Shown here piece by piece: positions 13,191 to 25,471 of a stretch of 64,000 nt of DNA (position 1 is its first letter; each line of letters opens with the position of its first letter). This DNA is from Podarcis cretensis (lineage: Eukaryota). A model generated the notes under the pieces. That model was not told the origin of the DNA. It saw only the letters and a list, made by a program, of their open reading frames with translations, and did no database searches. The stretch lies in the NCBI GenBank assembly GCA_951804945.1, contig OX638165.1:13950001-14014000 (forward strand). Direction: 5' to 3'. Made by a program: the position numbers and the translations under genes.

Positions 13191-13650
13191 CACATCTAGA
13201 GGCAGTCTACCTTCAAATGCCAGTCACTGAGGGAGCAACAGCAGGTGGGGGCTGTTGTTTCATGACATGCTGGTGGGCTTCCCAGAGGTATCTAGATGGC
13301 CAGAGGATACTTAGATGGACCACTGACCTGAACTAGCAGGGAGAATTTATAAGAAAGGGAGCTGACTGCACAGAAAGTTTATTTCTACATTAGTTAACAG
13401 GTTTTTTTTTTAAAAAAAGGCTTCTATTGGGGGGGCTTCCTGCTTTTTTTGGCAGCCCTACTTAAAGACACTGGGAATTGAACCAGGGGCCTTCTGCATG
13501 AAAAGCAGATACTCTCTCACTGACCTATGGTCCTGAGTGGTGAGGCCCTGGACGTCTGCCCCAAAGTCCTATCTTCATGGCATCATTACCCAAGACCTTT
13601 TTTCTGCTCAGGGGCCCCACTAGAGACCCACCTCATGCAATAAAATCAAA

Positions 13651-14291
13651 TGATGCCAAGAATACACACTCCTTACAATGGACAAAACACCTCCACCTGG
13701 CAGGAGAGAGCCAGCAGTAAATCACACTGAGCGAGTCAGAGTTAACTCTTTATTAGCAAAAACAGGATCTACACAGGAGTGTCAGGCCTAATGAGCACAG
13801 CAATTCATCTCTGGCAGGTCTTGCCCCCATGAAGCAGTTGCAGAGACTGAAGGTCCTTGCCTCCCCACAGCTGCCTAAGTCCCCTCCTCTCCAGGGTTTT
13901 CCCCCCTAAGCAATCAGAGACTGTTCCTGTGTGTGGCCAATCTATACTCTGTCCTTTTCATGCCGCTTTTGGTTCTGGAAGCCCAGAGGGGAAGTGAGCT
14001 TGTCGCAGCAGGAGGGGGAGACTCCCTGGCTTCTGCACCAGCCAGATGCATCCCTGCTTCTTGGCCTCCCCATCCCCTGCTTCAGCTTCTGCCTCTGATT
14101 CTGAACTGCTCTCTGCCACAGACTCCCCCTGCTCACTAAACCCTGTTACCCTGTCAGCTTCTGACACCTCTTCCCAGTCTTTTCCCTCTGACCACTCATC
14201 ATCGTCCCACCACCAACCCTCGGGCTCTGAGCCTTCTTCCTTTGGCTGGTCCCTCCCACCATTCCGCTGTGCCCAACCAGTCTGTGACAAC
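13651..14291 (-). mobile_element. LTR-like repeat (uncertain)
   Basis: TG...CA bounded about 640 bp, purine-rich on minus strand, minus-strand AATAAA near 13750. No TSD confirmed. Confidence 0.35.
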
Positions 14292-16589
14292 ACCCTTAAA
14301 AAACTACAGGTCTTAGGATTCTTGGGGCGGGGGAGAACCAGCTTGCCTTAAATGTATAGTGTGGGTATGACTCCCTAAATGTATTTTACCTCTGAAAGGC
14401 TGGGGAGGGCAGGATAAAACCATTATATAGATGAGCTCAAATGGCTTAACAAGGTATCAGCTAGGTATCAACTAGACACTCTCTGGAGTGAGTACACAGG
14501 CACCAGAACAAAGGGCAGCTTGACAACTGAATGACACACGCCTTAGATGACACACACAATCCCAATGACCAACACACATACTCATCCCTGATTGCGGGCG
14601 GCTGCAGAGGAGCCTGTTCCTTGACTCAGCCCTCAAGTGATGTCTGTTGCATCACCAGGCAAGAGGCACCCAAACGACGGACAAAGGAAGTGTTCAGGAA
14701 AGGAGCAAAAGGCACTGTGGTTCATCCAACCCAGGGGTCAGCAAACTTTTTCAGCAGGGGGCCGGTCCACATGTTAAGAACAGTTTCAGGTTAAGAACGG
14801 ACCTCCGGAACGAATTAAGTACTTAACCTGAGGTACCACTGTATTTTAATTTCTTTGGGGAAGAAAACCAGTTTGGTCTCACCATTTTGCACATGAGAGC
14901 ATTTCTTCACATGGCAGCATAGCTAAACTATGGAATTTGCTCCCACAAATGTAACCGGAGCTATCCAGCTTGGAGGGCTTTAAAAGAGAATTAAACAAGT
15001 TCAGGGTAGTTGTCTTGGACATCATGGGAGGTCAGGGTTCAGATCCCACCCCCACCCCAGCTCTGAAGCGCTCTGGGGGACCTTGAACCAGTTACCATCT
15101 CTCAGCTTTACTACCTCACAGGGTTGTTGTGAGGATAAAGTGGCAAGCAGGAGAAGCGTGTCACCAGCTGGAACTCCTTAGAGGAAACGTGGGCAATTAA
15201 TGTAATAATAACAGAATTTGAAAATGTGTTGTAGCTCTGTCTGGATTGTACCATTTCAGACAGCAGGGGAGCAGGATGAACCACGCAACACTGCCTTGTG
15301 AAAATACCTACTGCCCTTAGAAAACAGCATTCCAAAGGGGCTAGGTTTTACTCTTCTCCCTGACTTGCTAGCTTTCTACATACAAGGACATTTTCCCGCA
15401 GGGACACATGCATTCAGACATGCAAAACTCCCCCTGAAGGGGCACAGTCCAGGTGCTAGACACTGCACAATATATATTACTTCACTTACTTCAGAATGTG
15501 CTGTGCCCATCATGCAGCAACCCTGCTGAAAAAGCAGGTATAATGCATATTGCTTTGCTATTTTTTTTCATGGGAGGCCACTGAAATAGGGGTGAGGAGA
15601 GAGATGCTTCTTTCACACGATTGTTCCTCTGTTCCTCGGGATCTATGAATGTAAGAAGAGCTCTGCAGGATGGACCAATGAGGGTCCACCTAGGCCAGGA
15701 TCCCATTTCCCACAGTGGCCAATCAGATGCCTTCTGGAAGCCCACCAGGACGGCACAAAAAGCCCTCCCTCTATGGGAAAGTTATTAATAAAGATACACT
15801 AGCTTTGCATCTGGAGGTTCAACCAGAGCTGCTGAGGGGTGGCATGACACTCTCTCTCTCTCTTCAATGTTTCTGCCTCATTCTCCAAAGAGGGGCTTTT
15901 CCTCAAGCTGTTGGGTGGTTACAACTGAGTTGCTGCAACCACAAGCTCTCATTTGTTGAATTGCAATTGAACTCCAAACAGGCCTTATAAGACCTGCTTG
16001 GCTTCCTCTCTCCCTGACTTCTCTCTCCTTGGGTGAACTGCCCCTCTGCACAAGGTTGGTTTTCCTGGCATGGAAATAGAAGGGAAAGCTAGCCAGCTGC
16101 TTAAAAATCTGGTGGGGAAGATGCTCAGTTGTTTTTGCAACAGAAAACAAGGTAGTGATCTATTTCTCTCTCTCCGTATTAACAACAACGATGGGCAGGT
16201 GAGGAAAATTAGTTGCTTACATTCCCCCCCCCCCACTTGCAAAAGAGGCACATTTAATTCTGATTGCTATTAAATGATAGTAATACGTTCGGACGTATGG
16301 TATTTGCATTGTTTATATTAATGTTTAAGTTTAAAACAAGATGGGCGAAGTAGTCTTATTGCCAGCTTGCAATGGATTTCTGTGGTTTTTAGTCGTTTTT
16401 ATTAGAATTATTTCATTTCCCTCTTTTTTCTGTGACCATTGCAAATAAATTACTACTGATGGTGATAATCAATTATAATTAATAATAATGTCAGGTGACG
16501 TTTAAAACGCATAGGAAGGCCCACAGCCAAGCTTCCCTCCCCCCACCAACCAGCCTGTCCCTCCCCCCTCCCCATTTTCAACCCCCACC

Positions 16590-16790
16590 CCCTTTCTACG
16601 GGGCCGAAGTTGCTTAAGCTGATCAAGCCCGTTTCACAATGAATGTAAGCGCTTCCCCGAGTCACGTGCTGCCTTCCTGCGTCACCTTCGCCGGGAGAGC
16701 CGGGCCGGCGTCTCATTGGCTGCCGATGATGTCACCCTACAACCCTTCCTCCTCTCTCTCTGCCCCCTCCCATCCCGCTTCCCTCTCCTG
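16590..16790 (+). promoter_or_regulatory. probable promoter of the DUSP10-like gene
   Basis: Local CpG enrichment, E-box/CRE GTCACGTG (16661-16668), CGTCA half-CRE, inverted CCAAT (ATTGG 16715) and TGATGTCA (16727), upstream of a strong splice donor at 17108. Confidence 0.55.
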
Positions 16791-17107
16791 CTCCCATCAA
16801 AAGCGTCCCCGGCACCAGAGCCAAGGAGGGGGAAAAACATAACAACAGGAAGGAAAGCAAGACAAAGCGGGCTGAGGGGGAAAGAGGGCTGGATGCGGGG
16901 TGATCAGCAGCAAGGCAGACCTAGGATAACCCGGAGGGTGCAAAGGTGTCAGAAGTCAAGGACCAACAAATCCAGATTCCTGCTGGGTTTCAAACGTCAC
17001 CTTCTCTCCCCTATCCCAGCCTCACCAGAAAGGCATCTCCGCCCTCCCCCTCTTTTCACGACCTCCAAAAACATCCTCATGGATTTCAGGCTTAGACTGT
17101 AATGCAG
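16790..17107 (+). other. probable non-coding exon 1 of the DUSP10-like gene (start approximate)
   Basis: Consensus donor CAG|GTGAGT at 17107/17108. DUSP10-type genes have a non-coding first exon, and an acceptor lies 13 nt before the ATG at 28981. Confidence 0.5.
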
Positions 17108-20100
17108 GTGAGTGGATCTGCTTCTGAAACGGAAGGTTTTGTTTTTTATTTTTATTTTTGCAACAGGGGACTTACTGGGTGTCTTGCGATGGTTAAACAC
17201 CTGGAAATCTCGACCTGCGTTAAGTTAATGGAGGGAGGGGGAATGGCTGTATTGGGGGGTTGAGAACAGAGGGACGATGTGGCAAACGAGCCTCCCTTTC
17301 CCGTCCTTGAAGGCAATGTTTGCAGGGGGTGTGCACGCACCTTTGCAACAAAAGAGGGGCAGCGTTTGCTGAAGGGATCGGGCGCCCCAGATTTCGACAA
17401 CATGAAAGGCGAGAGAGAGAAAGAGAAAATGTGTTGTTTGTTTCTGGATGCGGGGGGGGGGGAGAGATGATGAGAAATAGAGGGTGATGAGTTCTTGTTT
17501 CCTCCGCCTCCCCCCCCCCCCAGGTGGCAATAAAAAGAGTGGGCGTTTGTTTGTGGTGGCTGTCGCCTCGGTTTGTTGTGACAGATCATTCTTTTGGGGG
17601 GTGCGTAGGAGGTGGGGAGAGGCTGGCAGGCTGATGCCGAGAGGGTGGAGGTGCCACCGGGAGCTGGAAAAGTGTGTTTGCTGTGCGGGGCGGGGGGGGG
17701 GGGAGGAGGTGGATGTCAAAGAGAGAAGACCAATGTTTTTTTCCTTGCAAGCATCAACACAAGAGGTTAAAAGAGGATCTGGTGTGTGTGTGTCTGTGTG
17801 CGCGCAGAGTTCTCCCCTTACAGGTACCCTTAACGTCTCCTGACTGCTAGGATGACATTCGGGGATATTTTAAGCCGGTGATGCCATGGTGGTTATGGGG
17901 ACACCGGCGGGCTTTATATAGAGACGGGTGAAAGTGAGGCACGCGCCGACACGTGTGCTCGGGCTCACATGCAGAGGCAGACACGCAGACACAGTGCTTT
18001 CCTTTGTCGAAACACAAGGCGGTTAGAGAATCTGCTTTGCCTGCAGAAAATCCTAGGTTCAATTACGGTCAGCATTTCCAGGTCTGAAACCTGCCTGAAA
18101 CCCTGGAGACCTGCTGCCTGCCAGTACAAAACAACATTGAGCTAGATGGACTTTCTGTGCTCCTATTTAATGAGGTCTTTTCCTCAGAACCATGAGGACT
18201 AGAATCCTGCTTGGGTTTTAAGGAAGGGCCGCAGCTCAGTGGTGGAGCATTTGCTTTGCAGGCAGAAAGTCCCCAGTTCATTGCTTGATGGCATTTCCAA
18301 GTGTGGCGAGGAGAGACTATCTGAAACCTTGGAGTGCCTGCTGCAGACAATATTGAGCTAGATGGAGCAAGGACTTTGTATAAGTCAGTTTCCCATGTTC
18401 CCAAGTATGTAGTAAGATATGCATCAGTGGGAAGGCCAGTGAGCCCAGAGACACGCGGGATGTATGCAAAGGTTAATTAAACACCCAGTTCATATAGTAT
18501 AAATTGCAAACACAGAACTGAGGTGCATATCACATAGTGCTTAGGATCCACTGTGTGCCACCTGTGCAACACACCTGTGCAATACACCAACACCAGGTGA
18601 ACAAACAGTATTGCACAGGAGATACCCATTTTTCATAGAATCGTAGAATTGGAAGGGACCACAAGGTTCATGCAGTCCAGTCTAACCCCTTGCAATTCAG
18701 GAATCTTCTGCCCGATGTGGGGCTCAAACCCACAGCCCTGAGATTAAGAATCTCATGCTGTACAAACTGAGCTATACCAGGCCTCCCCCCCCCCGTTGTT
18801 TCAACTAAAATGTATGTCCTCTTTAAAAAAAGAAATCTGAGCAGGCAAAGGGTCATGGCAAAGTCCTCAGGCCTCCTTTGCCATGAGACAGCAAGCCCTT
18901 CTCTCTCAGACCCAGTCCTCCTGTCTGCAGTATGGGGAGAATAACACTGACCTGCCTCACAAGGTTTTTGCAAAGGTTAGAATGGAATGTATGCAAATAC
19001 TCAAAAACGACGTAGACGTTTTCTCATTGTCATTATCTAATAACAAGCGGAAAACTGGAAAAATACTACCTGCATAATTATTCCATATTAACTCCCTTCT
19101 TGGCAACATGAATATGTACCGTACTTTGTGTTCAGAATTACCTCCTAGGAGGGGTAGATTTAGGGCACTGGAGCCACAGGGCACTTTGTAGGACAAGGGG
19201 GATGGTTAGAGCAGCTGTCTTGCATGCAGAAGGTCTCAATCCTAAATGGCATCTTTTTCGAAACCCCAGAGGAGCCACTGCAGGCCCATATAGATATAGA
19301 CCAGGGGCAACCTAAATGGGCCCCATCAACTCCCACCTGCCCCACCAGCATAGCCGGTGGTCTGGGATCATGGGAATTTTAGTCTGACAACAACTGGAGG
19401 GCACCAAGTTGGCTACCACTGGTATTAAAGCAGTGCCCACCCCCGCAGCCCTTGCGCTTTCTGACTCCCTTGTGTCCAAACTGTTGTAAAGAATCTCAAC
19501 TTTCTTAGATATGCATAGCCAAAACTTGGTCATGCGCTGCCAAATCTGCAGTTGTGGCTGCAAAGAAGGTTTTCTCGTGGCCCGCAGATTAGGTTTTGCT
19601 GTTACTTCTAGTGAGTTGACTCCGAAAGCTACTTCACACGTGCCAGAGGAGGACAAGTGTCTGAAGATGCCTCTGCATGTGTGAATGAGCCACTAACAGA
19701 AGAAACTTGAGCATTGTGCTCTGTTGGACAGAATGCCAGTTTAAGTGTTTTGCTGCCAGTCTCCAACTCTTGGGAAGATATGAATGCATGCTGGTGAATG
19801 CATGCTGCCAACCAATATTGAAAGGTGTGCGGACAACCCTCACCTTGGGTGAATGGGGCTGATGTTCTGAATGGGTCACATGAAGGCCTTTGCTCCCTTC
19901 GGGAAGTAAACCAAGGCTGGATCCCAGCTGTAGCTGTGTTTGGCTTTTTGGATACAAGGCTGATGAAATGAAGCCAAAGGCAGAGGGTGTGAAGACAAAT
20001 ATCCATCAATGTGTCCATCAATGTGTTCCAGAAATCATGATGCAAGGAAAAAGGAGTTGTGTGCAGTTGGGGAGAGCTACCTGGTACTTGGGGGGTGGGG

Positions 20101-21008
20101 TGGGGAAGTGGGCCGTGGAAGCAATCTCAGTGCCCTCTGCATATTTGCTGGACTACAACTCCCATGAGTCTTCATCATGGACTGTGGTGGTGCTGACGAG
20201 AGTTGCCTTGCACGGCAGAGAGTTCAATCCCTGACTGCTCCACATAAAAAGAAGGCAAGGGGAAATATATTTCTCTGCCTTAGATCCTGGAGAGGTGCTG
20301 CCAGTCAGAGTGGGCTGCACTGGGCTGAATGGACAAATAGTCTGATACAAGATATAAGGCGGCTTATATCTTGTGGGAAAGTTTGCCTGTAGCTGTACAT
20401 ACACAGGCTGTTGAAAACGACAGCAACCGCCCATCACATCGATTGCAGCACAGCCTTGCAAGGTAGACCAGGATATTGCGCCCTTGCTGCAGATGGGAGG
20501 ACTGCAAGAACCAGGGGGAAGTTCCCCAATGTGCCAAAATTGGAATCAAAGGCTTTGGGTGATTCATACGAATTAATCCCGGCCAGCCTCGCATCCTTTC
20601 CTGTTGTTACCAGATGAGACATTGCAAATGCCGATTGGAACTCTGCGTTCCGCCCATCAGCATGTTTTGGGAGGCGGCAGGGAGCACCCTCAGGGCCAGG
20701 GACATGTGGAATCCCCTCGAGGCCTCTCCCCCTCCTCGTCTCCCCCCCCCCCGCACACACCGCCCCCGACACTGCATATCTAGGGCCAAGTGGTGAGCTC
20801 ATGGTGTGGGGTGAAACCCGAGGAGACAGATGCCCTCATTGGGCACTGCCAGGCTATGAGCTCAGGAGGGTATTTTTAGAGGCAGCACACAACTTCATTT
20901 GGTGGAGGAGAGAGCTGAACGACAGCCCAAAAGGAAGTGAACAGGCGCTGCAGGGGGACCACCAACCACGTCAGGGTGAGTGTTTGCGGGGGGGGGGGGA
21001 CGACCTCG

Positions 21009-21010
<2 letters not shown>

Positions 21011-21056
<46 letters not shown>

Positions 21057-21058
21057 TC
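21011..21058. repeat. (TTTC)n microsatellite
   Basis: Directly visible. Confidence 0.95.
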
Positions 21059-22609
21059 AAGTGCATTTGGAGAGTGTACACCGGCCCAAGCTGGAAAGGG
21101 AGATGCACACACTGCTGGGTGTGCAGATGTGTGTACACACACACACACACATGCAAACAGCCGTTTTGTGCGTCCACAAAGTGGCGGGCGCCCGACTGTG
21201 TGTGCAAATCCGATTCAGGCAGGAGGGAAGGAAGCGATGTGTCGGAGGGCTTTGGAATTCCTTGAACACAAAGCAGGCTGAGCTTCAGGGCTGAGCAGAG
21301 GGATGGAAATCCCCGCCGGTGTGTAGTGAGCATGGGTGTTGGTTGTGTAGAAAGCAATGCCAGGGGGAGGCGGTGTGCACAGACCAGAGAGGGTGCATGC
21401 TTGAATGGCTAGATTGTGCAATGGAGAGCCTGTGTGCAGCTAAATTGTTTGGTGTATGTGTGCGCATAAACTGCTTTGAGCACATGGTGTTTGCAGGAAA
21501 TGTGGCGTGTTAATAAACTGACCATGACACTGTGTGTGTGTGTCCCAGTGTTAGAGCATCTGCCTTTCATGCCAAAGGTCCGTAGTTTAATTCCTGGCAC
21601 TTCCAAGTACAGCTGAAACCCTGGACAGCTGCTGCCAGTCAGTGTAGGTGATACTGAACTGGATGGGCCGATGTTCTGACTCTTTGTGAAGCAGCTTCCT
21701 CTGTGTATATGCGGGTGAGAGAGAGACAGTGAGTGAGTGTGCAAGTGTACCGTATATGTGCCACGAAGCACGGAGGCACGTGCAGTACTTCGCACGAGGG
21801 AGTTTTCGCTGGCGAGGAGCGTTCTTTGGGGGATGCTTGCATTACTTATTCTTATAATGATTAATTACTGTAGCCCCATCAATGTCAAACACACTTTACA
21901 TAGTTTCCCAGGAAAGAGAGAGGCAGAGGTCCCTGCCCTCAAGGAGACCACAGTGCAAATGCTTCCGGTGGGGGAAATCAGCATTCAGGCAATTTCTTAA
22001 TGGGAGCATTACGTTATTGGGGTGGGCGAGCTATTTGTGGAGCAGAATTCCTCGCTACTTTGGTAGGGGGAGGCTGAGAAGGGAGAGCTACTTCCTAAGG
22101 CCCTCCCCACTGCAAGATCTCATGGGAGATGTTGGGGGTCTAGAATGACAGGCTGCGCCAGGATGGAATGGGGAAGCAGTGAGAGGAAAAAGCAGAGAGG
22201 TTTAAAAAGGTGAGGCAGCAGTTGATGGGAAAGGCTTCTGCTTGTCAGAGCAACTGTCCAGATCGGGTGTGGAGACTTCTGTATGTCACTAAACTACAAC
22301 TCCCATCATCCCTTGCCATCAGCCATGCTGGCAGGGGCTGATGGGAGCTGTGGTTCAGCAACATCTGGAAGGCCAAAGGTTCCCCACACTTGAGCTACAT
22401 GGATAAACAGTCTGGCTGGTTATAAGGCAGGCTTCGCCAACCTGGTGCCCCTTCCAGATGTTCTGAGCTGCGACTACTGGCTGCGTTGGCTGGGGCTGAC
22501 GGGTGTTGCTTTCAAACAACAACATCTGGTTGGTGCCAGATCGGTGGAGATTGTCTTACAGATATCTGCCAGTGATAATCAGGGTATAAGGAGAAGCAAG
22601 AACAAAGTA

Positions 22610-22851
22610 CAGTGGTACCTCAGGTTAAGTACTTAATTCGTTTCGGAGGTCCGTACTTAACCTGAAACTGTTCTTAACCTGAAGCACTACTTTAGCTAAT
22701 GGGGCCTCCCGCTGCTGCCGCGCCGCCGGAGCACAATTTCTGTTCTCATCCTGAAGCAAAGTTCTTAACCTGAAGCACTATTTCTGGGTTAGCGGAGTCT
22801 GTAACCTGAAGCGTCTGTAACCTGAAGCGTATGTATACCGAGGTACTACTG
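22610..22851. mobile_element. Tc1/mariner MITE
   Basis: CAGTGGTACCTC TIR, TA TSD; reverse orientation to 6581. Confidence 0.85.
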
Positions 22852-24431
22852 TAGTGGAACAGGGCAGGGCTAACCCTTAGCCAGGAATTTTGCAGGAAGG
22901 AGGAGTTGTGATAATCCTTGCAAACCAGCCAGAGCATAAATACAGATTGTGCTACTCCAGCCGAAAAAGTTATTTCATTGTCTTGCTTCCTATGGACTAG
23001 AATCTTGCTTGCCCATTTTTGCTTATTATCTCTGCAACAGCTAGATAGAGACGGAATGTGTTTAGCTTTTTTTAGCAGCAGCTGAACAAAAGATCCAGGG
23101 TATAGTAAGGGTTAAGAGTGTCTGATCCACACTCTGACATGATGCTCACTGAGTGGCTGTGGGTCATTCCCTGGCTATGCACCCATCGTGCATTTAAAGG
23201 ACCTGGTTTCCCCAAAAAGAACCCTGGGAACTGTAGTTTACCCCCTCACAGAGCTACTATTCCCAGCATCGTTAAGAAACTACAGTTCTCACGATCCTTT
23301 GCGTGCTTTAAATGTACGCTGTGTACGCAGTCACTGTCTCTCACCCTAACCCACCTCGCAGGGTTGTTGTGAGAATAAAAATGGGGAGGGGGAGAATCAC
23401 CTGCATCACCTTGAGCTCCTCTGAAGAAAGGTGGGGTTGAAATGCAATGAATAAATAAGTCAGGGAGAGGGGATTAGAATATCCAATTGGTGGACAGTCT
23501 CCCCCCCCCCCAAATCATCCAAGGCAGTGTGGTGATGCAATTCCTTTTTCTGCAACCGAGGGCGGAGCTTTCTCCCCCTCTGCATCCCAAAGTGCTGCAC
23601 TCGGCTGTCGCGCGCAATCGCCCCTCGCTTGCCGGGCACACGGTTGATGGAAATAACAGCGCTGTCGCCCCAGATTAGTGTCGCTGGGCTGTGTGGCTGT
23701 TCTGCAAAAAGAACCTCCGGGAGAAGGAGACTTTTGTGCTGGCTGAGTGTGTGGGCGGGGACGCAGGCAAGCCAAGATTATAATTCCTAGGTTTTTAAAA
23801 ATTTTTATTTTAAAGGGGTGGCAGAAGATAGGAGCAGAACCACGGGGCTTTGGCTGCAGATGGGTATATATGGGTCACTAGGAAATAGGGGACTTTGGGA
23901 CTGCGGGATGTGGAAGAGGGAGAGGCGAGGAGCAGGCAGAGGAAATCCGGGGTGTTTGCAAAGGGGGTGGGGATTTTGTTTTCTGCATGCACGTGTTACA
24001 CGAATCAAACATGCACACAAAATTAAGCTGTGAGTCCTGTATCGCAGGGGTTTGGACTGTATGACCTTTGGTGATCCCTTGCAGGTGTTGGATGAAGGAG
24101 GGGGTAGAGATTTGGAGAGGGAGGGAGCCATAGATCTGGGGCAGATCTCGCTGCTTTCCACACAGAAGTGTCCAGTTTCAGTGTCTGCACCTACAGCTAA
24201 AACAGAGGTGGGGAAATTCATTCAGCCCAAGAGCCAGGAAGGTTTCTGGGGGCTGCATGCCAGTGGTGGGAGGGGCCAGAGGCAAAAGTGGGCGGGGCAA
24301 CAAATGCACAGGTAACTTTTGTACAAATTTCTACACTCAGTCACGCATCCTCCATCCAAGCAACCAAAAGGCATGATCAGAGTTCAGGGACCAATCCCAG
24401 CCAGGCAGAAACACTTCAGGAGGGTGTGGAG

Positions 24432-24557
24432 CAGGCATTGGCCCTCCAGATGTTTCGGGACTACAACTCCCATCATCCCTAGCTAACAGGACCAGTGGTC
24501 AGGGATGATGGGAATTGTAGTCCCAAAACATCTGGAGGGCGAGTTTGCCTATGCCTG
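24432..24557. mobile_element. hAT MITE with internal palindrome
   Basis: CAGGCAT...ATGCCTG ends, 8-bp TSD GTGTGGAG at 24424-24431 and 24558-24565, internal ACTACAACTCCC/GGGAATTGTAGT inverted pair. Confidence 0.8.
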
Positions 24558-25419
24558 GTGTGGAGGGAGGGCCATTGAGGGGTGTGGCCTGGGGAGAGGG
24601 GGTGTGGCTTCAAGAAGGTGGGGGTAACCTGGCAAAATCATCCATTAGCATATAAGCTACTACAGTGTCAACCACACAGTGTTTCTCAAACTTCGGCCCC
24701 CAGCTGTTGTTGGACTACAACTCCCATCATCCCTGACCATTGGTCCTGCTAGCCAAGGATAAGCTGAGCCTGGCAGGTAAGCTAAGCCTGGCAGGAGAGC
24801 TTACTCTATGGTCTTAACCCTTTCATGCATTAATTAAACTTAAGCATGTTGGTTATATGAGGTTGGTTATTCCACAGTTTGGAGGTTGAGGGAGTGCAGC
24901 ACAGCCATCAGGGCAGAGACAGCCTTCCCTAAGCTGGCACCCTCCAGATGCTGTTGGACTACAACTCCCAACAGCCCTGCCTGCAAGGCCAGAGGCTGGG
25001 AATGATGGGAGTTGTGGTCTGACAACATCTGGAGGGCTAAAGGTTGGGGAAGGCTGCTGTGCAGCAGCCACACACAAACCCAGAGAGAGAGAGAGTTCTT
25101 AATTTTTGTTTGTCTCTGTTTTAGTTTCTTCCTCCGCAGTCCCAGGCGCCTTGTTCCCCAGGCGGCACGCAGCGAAAGGGTTTCTTAGCAAGCCTGGCAA
25201 ACATCACAAGGCTGCTGTGGTCCTTGGTGTCTCGATCAAATGCTCACACACACAAGCCACACACACAGAGCCCTTGAGCGGCTTCTGCCCTTCAGAACAG
25301 AGGCTGCCTCCCTCCATCCCAGAAGTGCGAAAAATGCTTGCAGAGGAGGGTGTTGCTGGGCACGTGCTCACACCCTCAATGCCCACAACCCCCAAAAAGC
25401 AGAGTGCTTTTCTTATTAT

Positions 25420-25471
<52 letters not shown>

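Noticed and set aside
13958-14293. Acidic Trp-rich ORF (EEGSEPEGWWWDDDEW...)
   Set aside because: Within a probable LTR-like repeat, no splice context or family match.
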